From the human T2T-CHM13v2.0 reference genome, Homo sapiens, in NCBI RefSeq assembly GCF_009914755.1, contig NC_060930.1: a DNA stretch of 64,000 bases, one strand, 5' to 3'. The notes beneath the pieces are model-generated. The model was not told the origin of the DNA. It searched no databases and saw only the letters and a list, made by a program, of their open reading frames with translations. Of the stretch, positions 1 to 13,097 are shown piece by piece (the first letter of the stretch is position 1; each line of letters opens with the position of its first letter). A program made the position numbers and the translations under genes.

Positions 1-257
1 AAAGAAAATTACAAATTGTAAATGATAGATACATATATTGTAGTTTAAGTTTTAATATCTTTGATATATTGAATTGTTATAAAAAGCTTAAGAATATGGT
101 AATAAAATAGAAAATTTATATACATCTAATTCTCCCATATATAGGAAATATATATATGAGACAGATAACAAAAGAAATACAAGTGTCCCAAATTATTCAA
201 TGATTATGGAAATAAAAAATGTGAAATTAAACAATCATATTTAGTCTTGGAAAGTTT

Positions 258-445
258 TGACAACCAAATTGAGTAATTGAGGCAAGAGTCTCAAATCACT
301 GAGGTTTATTGACCCAATTTGAGGCCACACCCAGAAAATTGTGGATCACAGAAGCATCTGTGGCTTTTTTTTCCGAAGAGGTTCTTAGGAGATTTAGTAT
401 TTATACATTTTCTTTAAAAGGGAGTAGAGAGGAGCAACAGTGAGA
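258..445. mobile_element. ERV1 (MER4-group-like) LTR fragment
   Basis: Motifs 'gaggtttattgaccc...cacagaagcatctgtggc...ttccgaagagg...tttagtattt' resemble MER4-group LTRs; family and strand uncertain. Confidence 0.4.
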
Positions 446-2070
446 CAAATGCCCAATGCACAGTCTTCCCCAATTACTTCAGACCACTTCTCATTCCCAA
501 AACCCATGTACCCATTCACACCAAGAAAATATTAATATAGCAACATGGAACAACAAGTGTCCTCCTCTGCCTGGTGTGTGGTCACACACATTGGTACCCA
601 GCTTGTAGCCTTTTCTATTAAGTATTCCAATTCTTCTTTCCAAAAACAGCTGGCTACCTGATTGATCTATGAGCCATCTTGGGCCACTCGGAAGGTAACT
701 GGGCCAGTAAGAGAACTCAAACTCACCTTAACCACTGACTAAATAGACTCAACATTTCATGTTAATGTATATAAGAGAAAAAGAGTACCTATTAAAGTAA
801 TATTTATCTTAGTCTTGACTCTTCTGTACAAAATATACAACATTCAGTCAAAAATTCTGAAACAATCCGAGAAAGCAAGGAGACAAAAAGATAAATTGTC
901 TACAGAATCATAACTAAAAAGCCCCAGAAGTGAGAAATTTCATACACGGAGTTTAAAATAATTGTGATTAATATGCTACACTATCTAGCCAAAATTTGAC
1001 AATTATGTAATGTTAATAGACCTATGTATTCATTGTCCAAATCAAGACGTCAAATATTACCAGCATCTTGTAAACCTTTCTCAAGAATCGTTATAGTCAA
1101 TATCCTTTCAATGTTCACCATTGCTGACATATCACCATAGATATATTTTATGCAATGTATATAAATCGCTGTGCATATTATGCAGTACTTTTTATCTAGG
1201 TCCTTTTGCTTAGACAATATTGGTGACATTAGTTCTGGTTGTTGCATTTAGTAGTAGTCTGCCCTTTTTCATTTTTATTTGGCAATAAGAGCATAGAGAT
1301 GAAAGAGGAGAGAGAGAATGGCAAGTCATAGAAACTTTTAAGGCTGCTATCACATAAATAGGTGGTATCATTAATCTTAATTGAAAATGTAGGACAAGGG
1401 CTAGCAATTCACAGAATCAGCAAAAAATGAGGTCTAATCTGAGCTGCCTATAATACACACAAGTACAGATTCAAAATCTATTAAATGAAATTATTAGAGG
1501 CAAATGTGTTTTGAAAATCAAGCTTTAAAAACAGTTGGAGGGGACACAAAATAAGATTCACTTTTACTTTTTATTTCTTTAAGGACAGCAGCAGAAAAGA
1601 GATTCTTGAAATGAAGTATTTTCACTAAACAGACCCAATGACAAGAGCTCAATATATGTGAGTGCTAGAAATAGATCCTTTTCGTATCTAACATGCAATA
1701 ATAAATAAAGGCAATAAAATAAGAATGTTCAGATTAACTATAAGAAATTAAAAATCAAAGATAGTTTAGGGTGGGGCCCTCGTGAGCCTGCATTTCTATT
1801 AAGGGAGTTGAGAAGGAGCAATTGGAGAAGATGAATTTTAATTTTAACAGTGAGCCCATGAATCTGATTATGTTAAAAAATTAGAAAAAAAAATGAGACA
1901 AAATGGTTGCGTTAGTCAGAATTATTCAGAAAAAAAGAACTAATAGGATGGGTGTGTGTGTGTTGTGTGTGTAGAATGTCTGTGTGCCTGTGTGTGTGGT
2001 GTGTTTGTGTACCATGTCATAGACAACATAAGCCATCTCAGTCAAGGATGTACAGTAGATATAACCATGG

Positions 2071-2148
2071 TTCCTGCCTCAGCCTGCTGAGTAGCTGGGA
2101 TTACAGGCACGCACCACCACATCCAGCTAATTTTTGTATTTTTAGTAG
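2071..2148 (-). mobile_element. Internal Alu fragment (part of the right arm plus the linker)
   Basis: 'cctgcctcagcctgctgagtagctgggattacaggcacgcaccaccacatccagctaatttttgtatttttagtag' is antisense Alu core; both ends are missing. Confidence 0.85.
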
Positions 2149-2530
2149 CCTTTCCTGTATTTTTCTAGCCTTTCCTGTGTGTTGCTTGAACTTTTTTCTT
2201 TTTTTGTTTTAGAATTCTAGTTTGATTAATCCCACCCGAATACCTTGTTTAAGTAATACATTATGGAACAAGTATTCTGGGTATTCCAAGGCTAAATATA
2301 GAAACATCCCATCTAAGCCTCTTGGAATGCTTACTCTAGGAGAAATCCATTGCTGGTAAAAATAAAAATTGATACAGCCACTTAAGATAAACAAGCTTTT
2401 TATTATACAACCAGAAAATTTAGAGATATTTGTTCAAGATAAGTAAAAGCACTGGTCCACAAGAAGAAAAAAAATACTGACATTCATAGCAGTATTAGTC
2501 ACAATAATAAACACATTAAAGCAAAACAAA

Positions 2531-2887
2531 TAACATGATTTGGCTCTGTGTCTCCACCCAATTCTCATCTTGAATTGTAATGTTGTAATCCTCATGTGTG
2601 TGGAAGAAATCTGGTGAGAGGTGGTTGATCCATGAGGGCAGTTTCCTCCATGCTGTTCTTATGATAAGTTTTCATGAAACCTGAGGGTTTTATAAGCATC
2701 TGGCATTTACCCTTCTAGCACTCATTCTCTCTCCTTATGCCCTGTGAAGAGGTGCCTTCCACCATGACTTTAAGTTTCCTGTTGCCTCCCCAGCCATGCA
2801 GAACTGAGTGTCAATTAAACCTCTTTTCTTCATAAATTACCCAGTCTCAGGTATTTCTTCACAGTAGTGTGAAAATGGACTAATACA
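2531..2887 (+). mobile_element. THE1D 5' LTR (ERVL-MaLR)
   Basis: Starts taacatgatttggctctgtg, ends ggactaataca; contains the THE1D-type 'ataagcatctggcattt...cactcattctctctcc'. Confidence 0.85.
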
Positions 2888-4460
2888 GTAAATTGGTCCT
2901 GAGGGAGTGGGGTGCTGCTGTAAGGATACCCAAAAATGTGGCAATGACTTTGGAAGTGGGTAACAGGCAGAGGGCTCTTTGGAGGGCTCAGTTTGGAGGG
3001 AACAGTTTGGAGGGCTCAGAAGAAGACAGAAGAATGTAGAAAAGTTTGGAACTTCCTAGAGACTTGGAAGGTTCCAGAAACAGAGAGATGCAAAAAAGCT
3101 TGGAACTTCCTAGATACTTGCTGAATGGCTTGACCAAATTGCTGATAATGATATGGACAATTAAGTCCAGGCTGAGGTTGTCTCAGATGTAGATGAAGAA
3201 CTTGTTAGAAACTGTAATAAAGGTGATTCTTACTGTGCTTTAGGAAAGAGAATGGTGACATTTAGCCCCTGCCCTAGAGATCTGTGGAAATTTGAACTTG
3301 AAAGAGATGATTTAGGGTATCTGACAGAAGAAATTTCTAAGTAGGAAAGCATTTGAGAGGAAGCAGAGCATAAAAGTTTGAAAGATTTTCAGTCTGATGA
3401 TGCAATAGAAAAAAAATCCATTTTCTGAGTCGAAATTCAAGCCACCTGCAGAAATTTGCATAAGTAATAAGGAGCCAAATGTTAATCACCAAGGCAATTA
3501 GATAAATGTCTCCATGATATGTCAGAGACCTTTGTGGCAGCCCCTCTCCTAACGGGCCTGGAGCCATAGGAGGGAAAAAATGGAATTGGTGCCCTTCATT
3601 CGAGACACTCCAGCCATGGCTAAAACCCAAGGTACAGCACAGGCCATTGCATTGAAGGGTGCCTGCCTCAAGCCTTGGCAGCTTCTACTTGGTGTCAGTC
3701 TTGCCTGTGGGTGTGCAGAAGACAAGAATTGAGGTTTGGGAAGCTCCACCTAGATTCCAGAGGATGTAGGGGAAGCCTGTATGTCCAGGCAGAAGTTTGC
3801 TGCAGGGGTGATGCCTTCATGGAGAACAACTGCCAGGGCAGTGTGGAAGGGAAATGTGGGGTCCAAGCCTCCACAAAGCATCCCCATTGGGGCACTTCCT
3901 AGTGATGCTCTGAGAAGAGGGTCATTGTCCTCCAGATTCCAGAATGATAAATCCATTGACAGCTTCTACCATGCACCCGGAAAAGCCGCAGACACTAAAT
4001 ACCAGCCAATGAAAGCAGCCAGGAGTGGGGCCGTACCCTGCAATGCCAAAGGCATGAAGCTGCCCAAGGCTGTGGGAGCCCACCTCTTGCATCAGAGTGA
4101 CCTGGTTGTGAGAAATGAAGTCAAAGGAGATCACCTTGGAACTTTAAGGTTTAACACTACTCTATTGGATTATAGACTTGCCTGGGGCTTATAGCCCCTT
4201 TCTTTTGGCCAATTTATCCCAACTGGAACAGGTGTATTTACCCCATGCCTGTACCCTCATTGTATCTAGGAAGCAACTAACTTGCTGTTGATTTTACTGG
4301 CTTATAGGTGGAAGGGACTTTCATGGTCTCAGATGAGACTTTGGATGTGGACTTTTGAGATAATGCTGGAATGAGCTAAGAATTTGGGGGCACTGCTCGA
4401 AAGAAATGATTGTGTTTTGAAACATGAGGACATGAGATTTGGGAGGGGCCAGGGGCAGAA
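2888..4460 (+). mobile_element. THE1D internal region (decayed)
   Basis: Begins gtaaattggt right after the LTR and ends in the polypurine tract gggaggggccaggggcagaa; broken MaLR-type ORFs such as 3781-4194. Confidence 0.9.
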
Positions 4461-4713
4461 TGATATGGTTTGGCTCTGTGTGTCCACTCAAATCTCATCT
4501 TGTACTATAATCTCATAATCCCCACGTGTCAGGAGAGGGACCCGTGGGAGATAATTGAATCATGGGGACATTTCCCCCATGCTGTTCTCGTGATAGTGAG
4601 TGAGTCCTTACAAAATCTGATGGTTTTATAAGCATCTGGCATTTCCCCTGCTAGCACTCATTCTCTCTCCTGCTTCCTTAAGAGATGTCTTCTATCATGA
4701 TTGTAAGTTTCCT
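4461..4713 (+). mobile_element. THE1D 3' LTR, 3'-truncated
   Basis: Starts tgatatggtttggctctgtg; homology to the 5' LTR stops after 'gattgtaagtttcct'. Confidence 0.85.
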
Positions 4714-6379
4714 CTCCTTTCACAACTAACATCAGCTTTTTTTTTTACAAACTAGTACCATCTATTCTCCTGTTTTCTCTGTGTGTATTTTAAAATGGTC
4801 TTGTGCACCCACAAGACCATCCACCCCACAGGCAAGTCTGCCTCTTTGCTTTCACTTCACAGGCCTTGTGACTTCTTAAAAACACACTAATTAGAACCCC
4901 AGCTCTGCCAGCTTCTTGCGACTTACCATATGCTTTTTGTTCATGCTATGCCCCAGGGCTGAGTTTTCCCGTGGCTTTTGAAGCAGTGTGCTGCATCATA
5001 GTATCTCACACTGGTCGTTTAAAGATCCCACTTAGTTTCCTTTATGAGTTATGTGTTAGCTCCTTTTTTGGAGGAGGGGAAATTGTTTCTTTTCCATTTG
5101 CAAGTTTTTCTCCCAAGTCCAAAGTCTTCTGGAGGTTACTTCTTTATGTCGAGAGGGCAAATAAACATTGCCCTCTCAAATCCAAGGCCTACTGTTTTTT
5201 GCAAGCATATAAAGGCTTTCCATGAGTATTCCTATAGCTTCATCTCACTTCCTCCTGTAAGAGCCATTTCTTCTAATCACTTCCAAACCCTTCTCAATAT
5301 GTATCAGGACCTTCAGGGTCATATTGCAAGGGAAGGAAGTTTAGCTCTTTTGCAGCAGTTACCTGAAAAATCATCTTCTCATTGATTTAAAGAACACATG
5401 ATACAAGATTATAAGAAAAGATATAAACATTTTGTTGCTAAAATGCTCCTTGAAAGAGTCACTATAAGGTCATGGAGACAAGAATATAGGCTAGCCCAAG
5501 ACCTTAAGAACAAGAGACCCATCGGACAGAGAAGAAGTGTGGTCCCTGCCTAGCAGATTACCATATCAGAGATGAAGGCAAGATGTGGTGTAAACAGTAA
5601 GATCAGTTTATTCCAGAATCCCATTTGGTAACGAATATTATAAAAGGAAGAGATTTTGTGTGACAAAGCATCCTATATGTTAAATCCTTGCCCTAAAGTA
5701 AAATGACTGGTTGTTTGAAAAGATAAGAAAAGTCAGAAAGTCAAAGCATGTCATAGATGATCTGTGTAAGTCATAAAAATTCATGAAAGGAAATTTATTA
5801 ACAATGTACAGTTTTAAAAGGTATTAGGTCTACTAAAAGCTTTAATGTCATAGATTGCTACTATGATCCTTAACTGTACAACTTGCCTACTTTAAAGATA
5901 GGTAAGGCTTTGGAACATACAGAGTTAGCCATGCCTCCTTGCTATGCTAGAAAAGGTCAGGCCTTACCTGCACTGCTGGGTGTCCTAGGCTCCAGACCTA
6001 GTACATAATTAGAATCACTATTTACCAGGTTTTTCACCAAAAGTAAAAGCTGCTAAAAGTTAATAGTATAACATGTACTCAAGACTACTGGAAAAACAGT
6101 TTTACATGCAAGTTATGTAAGGAAACAAGAACATGTTTTTAGTAAAATGTTATAAAAAGGCAGGAAATGTGAACTATTTTGCCTAGTTTAGAAGGTTAAA
6201 GGATTGTTTTAAGTTAGATAGGATAAAGCTGAACATTTAAGAAAGTTGTGGAAGGTTCACAAAAGATTAACCTTGTAAAAGAAATTCTGTGTGTGAACAT
6301 ATCAACTATAAAGAAGTATTATTCAGTTTTCTTCATAAATATAATATTTGAATGAAAGCACAACAGAGTTTTATTAGAG

Positions 6380-6606
6380 CAGGGGTGGCCAATCTTTTGG
6401 CTTCCTGGGCCATATTGAAAGAAGAAGCCTTGTCTCTGGCCACACACACACACAAAACTACTAACACTAATGTTAGCTGATGAGCTAAAAAAAAAGTCCC
6501 CCCCAAAATTATAATGTTTTTAAAAAGTTTATGAATTTGTGTTGGTTCACATTCAAAGATGTCTTGGGCCACATGCAGTACACAGGCCATGGGTTGGATA
6601 AGCTTG
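6380..6606 (+). mobile_element. MER30 (hAT-Charlie MITE)
   Basis: caggggtggccaatcttttggcttcc ... gggttggataagcttg; 8-bp TSD tattagag (6372-6379) / tattaaag (6607-6614). Confidence 0.9.
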
Positions 6607-7374
6607 TATTAAAGCATTGAACTTTTCATTAAAAAAATTGTAAAAAAAATTATAAAAGGTTTATGAGAATCTTACTTTATGGTCAAACTAATTAAGATTG
6701 GATATATTTATCTATAATGTTTTATCAAGAATTTGGTTTGACATCAATACTACACTAATGCAGAGGTAAAATATGGCATTTTTTGGACTGTATTTCTATA
6801 AATGTGTTTTTGGCATATGCTAATAATTATAATTGTTATGTTAAATTATTGTGTGCCACAGAGGTAATCAATTTCTTTGTCAATTATGCCTTTAACTGTG
6901 GCTGCCCTAAGACTTTTTGTGATCCACAGACAATTATTGTTTTATGTTAATCCTCTTTAAAAGGTTTTATAATCTAAAGGACTCTAACAGGTGCTCTTAA
7001 ATGCACGTTTCTGATAACTTCGGATGTTGTGACATTAGAAAAGAGGAAAAACTTTCAGGACTCCCATGGAGAGCTGAAATGTTTATGAATTCTAGCAAAA
7101 CTGTAGTTGACTACATGGACTGAACTAATAGAAGACTAAAATAATCCTTTTATGGCTCTGCTTAAAACGTTGCTAGTTCTTCATTTTTTTAAAGTGAAGA
7201 AAACTTTTGAGCTTTTTACAGCTTTGAACAATTGAATAAAGTATAATCCTATAAATAAAATTTGGAACATATTTCTCTCTATCTGATTTCTCCAGAATTT
7301 GGAAACTATTTTTGAGTATTCTTAACTTATGGCAATATATTTATTTGCATAAGTGTGATAAGAATCTGTTTTCT

Positions 7375-7481
7375 GTGCTCACTTTGGCAACATACATACT
7401 AAAATTGGACGGATACAGACATAAACATGGCCCCTGCACAAGGATGACATGCAAATTCATGAAGCATTCCATATTTTTTTT
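7375..7481 (+). pseudogene. RNU6: Full-length U6 snRNA processed pseudogene (RNU6-nP type)
   Basis: gtgctcactttggcaacatacatactaaaattgg...catggcccctgcacaaggatgacatgcaaattcatgaagcattccatatttt aligns end to end with U6. Followed by a short A tract; TSD aagaatctgttttct (7360-7374) / aagaatgttttct (7487-7499). Confidence 0.95.
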
Positions 7482-8344
7482 AAAAAAAGAATGTTTTCTT
7501 TTGCAAAAGGACACAATTGGAGATACTGGTTATTTTACCAAGGCTTTGATTGGAATGGCATGCTTTCCTTTAAGAAATACAATTTGACTTATACAGCCAA
7601 TGAAAGCCTTTTGGGGAAACTGACATCATACCTTGTCTATACAGTCCTTGTACAGAGTTCCTTACTTGTGGCAAATAAAGAAGGTAAATTTTCTCTTTTT
7701 TCTTTTTATTTTTTGAGACTGGTTCTGGGCAATAGAATGTAACTTTCTAACAAGCTGAGGAGCCCCACGTTGTCTTGAGACCTCAAGTGGAGAGGAATAT
7801 ATCTGACTCACAAAGGAATTTAATGACACAAATAAACCATGACTAGGCTTAAGGCTTTAAAAAGTCTTTTCTGAGATAGAACAAAGTTCCTTCAAAGTCA
7901 ATATAAAAAGGATCTTATGTGGCAAATAATTATTCATGCTGTGCTTTATGCAAATAATCAAATTCACATACATATGATGAGAGAGAGAGAAAGAGAGAGA
8001 GACAGTGTGTGAGATAGAGCATGCAAGCAAACTCATACTTACATGCAACCCATACAGGTCACTTTAACTTTTGACTTTGTGTCTCAACCTGGTTGTATTG
8101 CTTTACCATTCAGAGTCCTCAGGTTGTTGACCAAAGTTTTTAGTTGTAATCAGTAATAAAGATAACCTATGCTGGGTTTTTCCCCACTTGACAAGATGTA
8201 TCATAGTAACATGAATACATATACCTGATGCACATTTAATAAAATTAGTGTGCAAAAGTGCCTTTCTGTATTATAAAAGAGTATTAATATTTAGTAATTA
8301 TAAACAATGAAAATGAATCTAAGAAGGCAACTTAGGCCCAAATT

Positions 8345-8520
8345 ATATCTATATGATATATATGTGATATTATATACATTATGTATACACAATAAAGTGG
8401 ATATGTACAATATAGTGAGTATATAATAAATAATTAAGTATATAATTGAATATATAATAAATTTAATACATAATATATTGAATATATAATAAATTATTAA
8501 ATATATTATAAAAATATACC
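8345..8520. repeat. AT-rich low-complexity / (TA)-rich repeat
   Basis: Repeated tatataataaat-like units. Confidence 0.7.
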
Positions 8521-8596
8521 GCTTTTCTCTTTATCTGCTTTACTTTTCATCTTTTTATATCACTCATTTAAAAATCCCTAAAATCTTTAAAATTTC

Positions 8597-10678
8597 TTTT
8601 TTTTAGTTATTATGGGTACATGATACATGCATATATTTATGAGTTATATGTAATGTTCTGATACAGGCACACAATTTGTAATGATCATATCAGGGTAATT
8701 GGGATATCCCTCACCTTGAACATTTATCTTTTTTGTGTTAGGAATATTCAAATTCCACTCTTTTAGTTATTTTTAAATATAAAAGAAATTATTGCTTACT
8801 ATAGTCACTCTATTTTGCTATGAAATACTAGATATTATTTAATTTATCTAGATGTATTTCTGCACTCAGTAATTATCACCACTTCTCCCCACTTCCTCTC
8901 TTCCCTTCCCAGCCTCTAGTAAGCATCATTCTACTCTCCATCTCTATTAGTTCTATTTTTGTTATTTTTAGCTCCCACGTATGAGCGAGGACATGCAAAA
9001 TGAGTGTTTCTGTGCCTAGCTCATTTTACTTAATATTATGCCCTCTAGTTCCATTTATGTTGTTGCAAATGATACGATATTATGCCTTTTTATGGCTGAA
9101 TAATATTTCATTGCATATATGTACCACGTGTTGTATTGATTTATCTGTTGATAAACACTTAGGTTGATTCTAAATCTTGCCTAATGTGAATAATGCTGCA
9201 ATAAACATGGGAGTGCAGATATAGCTTTGATATACTGATTTTCTTGCTTTTGATTATATTAACTAGTAGTGGAATTGCTAGATTACGTGGCAGTTCTATT
9301 TTTAGTTTTTTGAGGAACCTCTGTACTACATTCCATAGTAGCTGTACTTACTTACATTCCCACCAACAATGTACGAAGTTTTCCATTTCTTCACAATCCC
9401 ACTAACATTTATTATTGCCTGTCTTTGGGGAAAAACAGTTTTAATTGGTATGAGATTAATATCATTGTAATTTTTATTTGCACTTTCTCTGATGACTAAT
9501 GATGTTGAGCATATTTTTTTATGCCTGTTGGCTATTTGTATGTCTTCCTTTGAGAAATGCCTATCAGATCTTTTATACATTTTAAAATCATATTATTTGA
9601 TTTTTTTTCTGTTGAGTTTTTGGTCTCCTTATATATTATTTATTAATTCCTTGTCAGATGGGTAGTTTGCAAATATTTACTACTATTCTGTGCATTGTCT
9701 CTTCATTTTGCTGATTGCTTCCTTTGCTGCACAGAAGCTTTTTACCTTTCTGTGATCCCATTTGTCCATTTCTGCTTCAGTTGCCTGTGCTTTTGTGGTA
9801 TTTCTCAAGAAATATTGGTCCAGACCAATGTCGTGGAGAATTTCCCCAAAGTTTTCCTTCAGTAGTTTCATAATTTCAGGTGTTTCATTTAAGACTTTAA
9901 TTTATTTTGATTTGAATTTTTTTTTAGTTTTCTGTCTCATTTTGTGGCTTAATATATGGTCTATCTTTGAGAATAATCCACTTACTGGGGAAAAGAATGT
10001 GTATACAACAGCTGTTAGATTCTGTAAATATCTATTAGGTGCATTTAGTTTATAGTGCAGAATATGTCCAATGTTCCTTTGTTGATTTTCTCTCTGGATG
10101 GTTTGTCTGATGCTGAAAGTAGAATGTTGAGGTATCAAGCTATTATTGTATGAGGGCCTATCTCTCTCTTTACTTCTAGTAATATTTGCTTTATAAATAT
10201 ATTTGTGGTCCAGTGTTAGGTGCATAAATAAAACTGTTGTAACCTCCTGATGAATTGACCCGTTTATCATTACATAATGTCCTTCCTTGTATTTTTTATA
10301 GTTTTATCTTTAAATCTATTTTATCTGATTTGATAATAGCTACTCCTGCTCTTCTTTAGTGTCCATTTGCATAAAATATCTTTTCTCATCCCTTTGTTTT
10401 TAGCCTACATGTGTCTTTATAGGTGAAGTGAGTTTCTTATAGGTAGCAGATAATTTATTATATTATATTTTATTGGTTTTTTAAAACATATTCTGCCACC
10501 CTATGCCTTTTGATGGGAAGTTTAGTCCCTTTACATTCAATGCTATTATTAATTGGTAAGGACTTACTACTGCCAGTTTGTTGTTTTCTGGTTGCTTCAT
10601 GATCCTCTCTACCTTTTTCTTACCTGTATTTCTTTGTCTAAAAGTAATTTGCTCTAGTAGTATATTTTAATTTAAGGT
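8597..10678 (-). mobile_element. Old L1MA element, 3' part (3'UTR, ORF2 3' end, then ORF2 endonuclease region after an internal deletion)
   Basis: L1MA-type antisense 3' end 'tatgggtacatgatacatgcatatatttatgag...gatacaggc'; ORF2-like translations at 9326-9580, 9683-9871 and 9902-10270. Confidence 0.8.
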
Positions 10679-10685
10679 AAAACTA

Positions 10686-12280
<1,595 letters not shown>

Positions 12281-12314
12281 GTCTGAAACATAAGGGGGGA
12301 AAAAAACTAATACA

Positions 12315-13097
12315 AACTGTACCCTTTAAGTTCATTTCCCTGATTTTTAATTTTTTTGTTGTTTCTATTTATATTTTTATACTCTCTATCTCTTAAAAAA
12401 TTGTAGCTATTATTTTTGATAGGTTTGTCCATAGTCTTCCTACTCAAGATATGAGTGGTCTACACAACACAATTACAGTGTTAGAATATTCTGTATTTTT
12501 CTGTTTATTTACTGTTACCAGTGAGTTTTGTATCTTTATATGATTTCTTATTGCTCATTAATGACTCTTCTTTCAGATCAAAGAACTCACTTAAGCATTT
12601 CTTGTAGGACAGGTTTGGTATGCATCAAACTATCTCAGCTTTTGTTTGTCTTGGAAAGTTTTTATTTCTCCTTCATGTGATAAGGATTTTTTGTTCTGGA
12701 TATAAAATCGTAGGAAAAAAAATTGTCCTTTTTTTCCTTCAGCACTTTGAATATATCATGCCATGCTCTTCTGGCTAGCCAGGTTTCCACTAAGAAGTCT
12801 ACTAACAGAAATATTGGAGCCTATTAAAAAGCTTTTAAGATCCTTTCTTTAACCTTGACCTTTGGGAGTTTCATTATTAACTGTCTTGAGGTAGTTGTAT
12901 TTGATTTAAATCTGCTTTGTGTTCTATTATATTGTCGTACTTGGATATTGATATCTTCCTCTAGTTTTGCAAAGTTGTTATGTTTTATTTGAAGAAACTT
13001 TTTATGCCATTCTCTCTCTCAATCTCCCCTTTTAAACCAATAACTGTCAGATTTGCACTTTTGAGGCTATTTTGTAAATCTTGTAGGCATGCTTTTT
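12315..13097 (-). mobile_element. Old L1MA, continued (inter-ORF/ORF1 region)
   Basis: Antisense L1M-type sequence resumes after the TSD ('aagaactcacttaagcatttcttgtaggacagg', 'gaccttttgggagttt'-like blocks). Confidence 0.7.

Larger units (their letters stand above)
4714..7965 (+). mobile_element. ERV1 MER4-group internal sequence, no LTR visible
   Basis: Typical MER4-group internal blocks: 'gaggaaaaactttcaggactc', 'cagaatttggaaactatt...gagtattctta', 'ggacacaattggagatactggttattttaccaaggctttga'. Interrupted by MER30 and U6. Confidence 0.65.

Noticed and set aside
2965-3120. Direct repeats (tttggaggg x3; ttggaacttcctaga x2) resembling an array
   Set aside because: They are inside THE1-int. The longer duplication is, as I recall, a family feature, and the short one is simple slippage.
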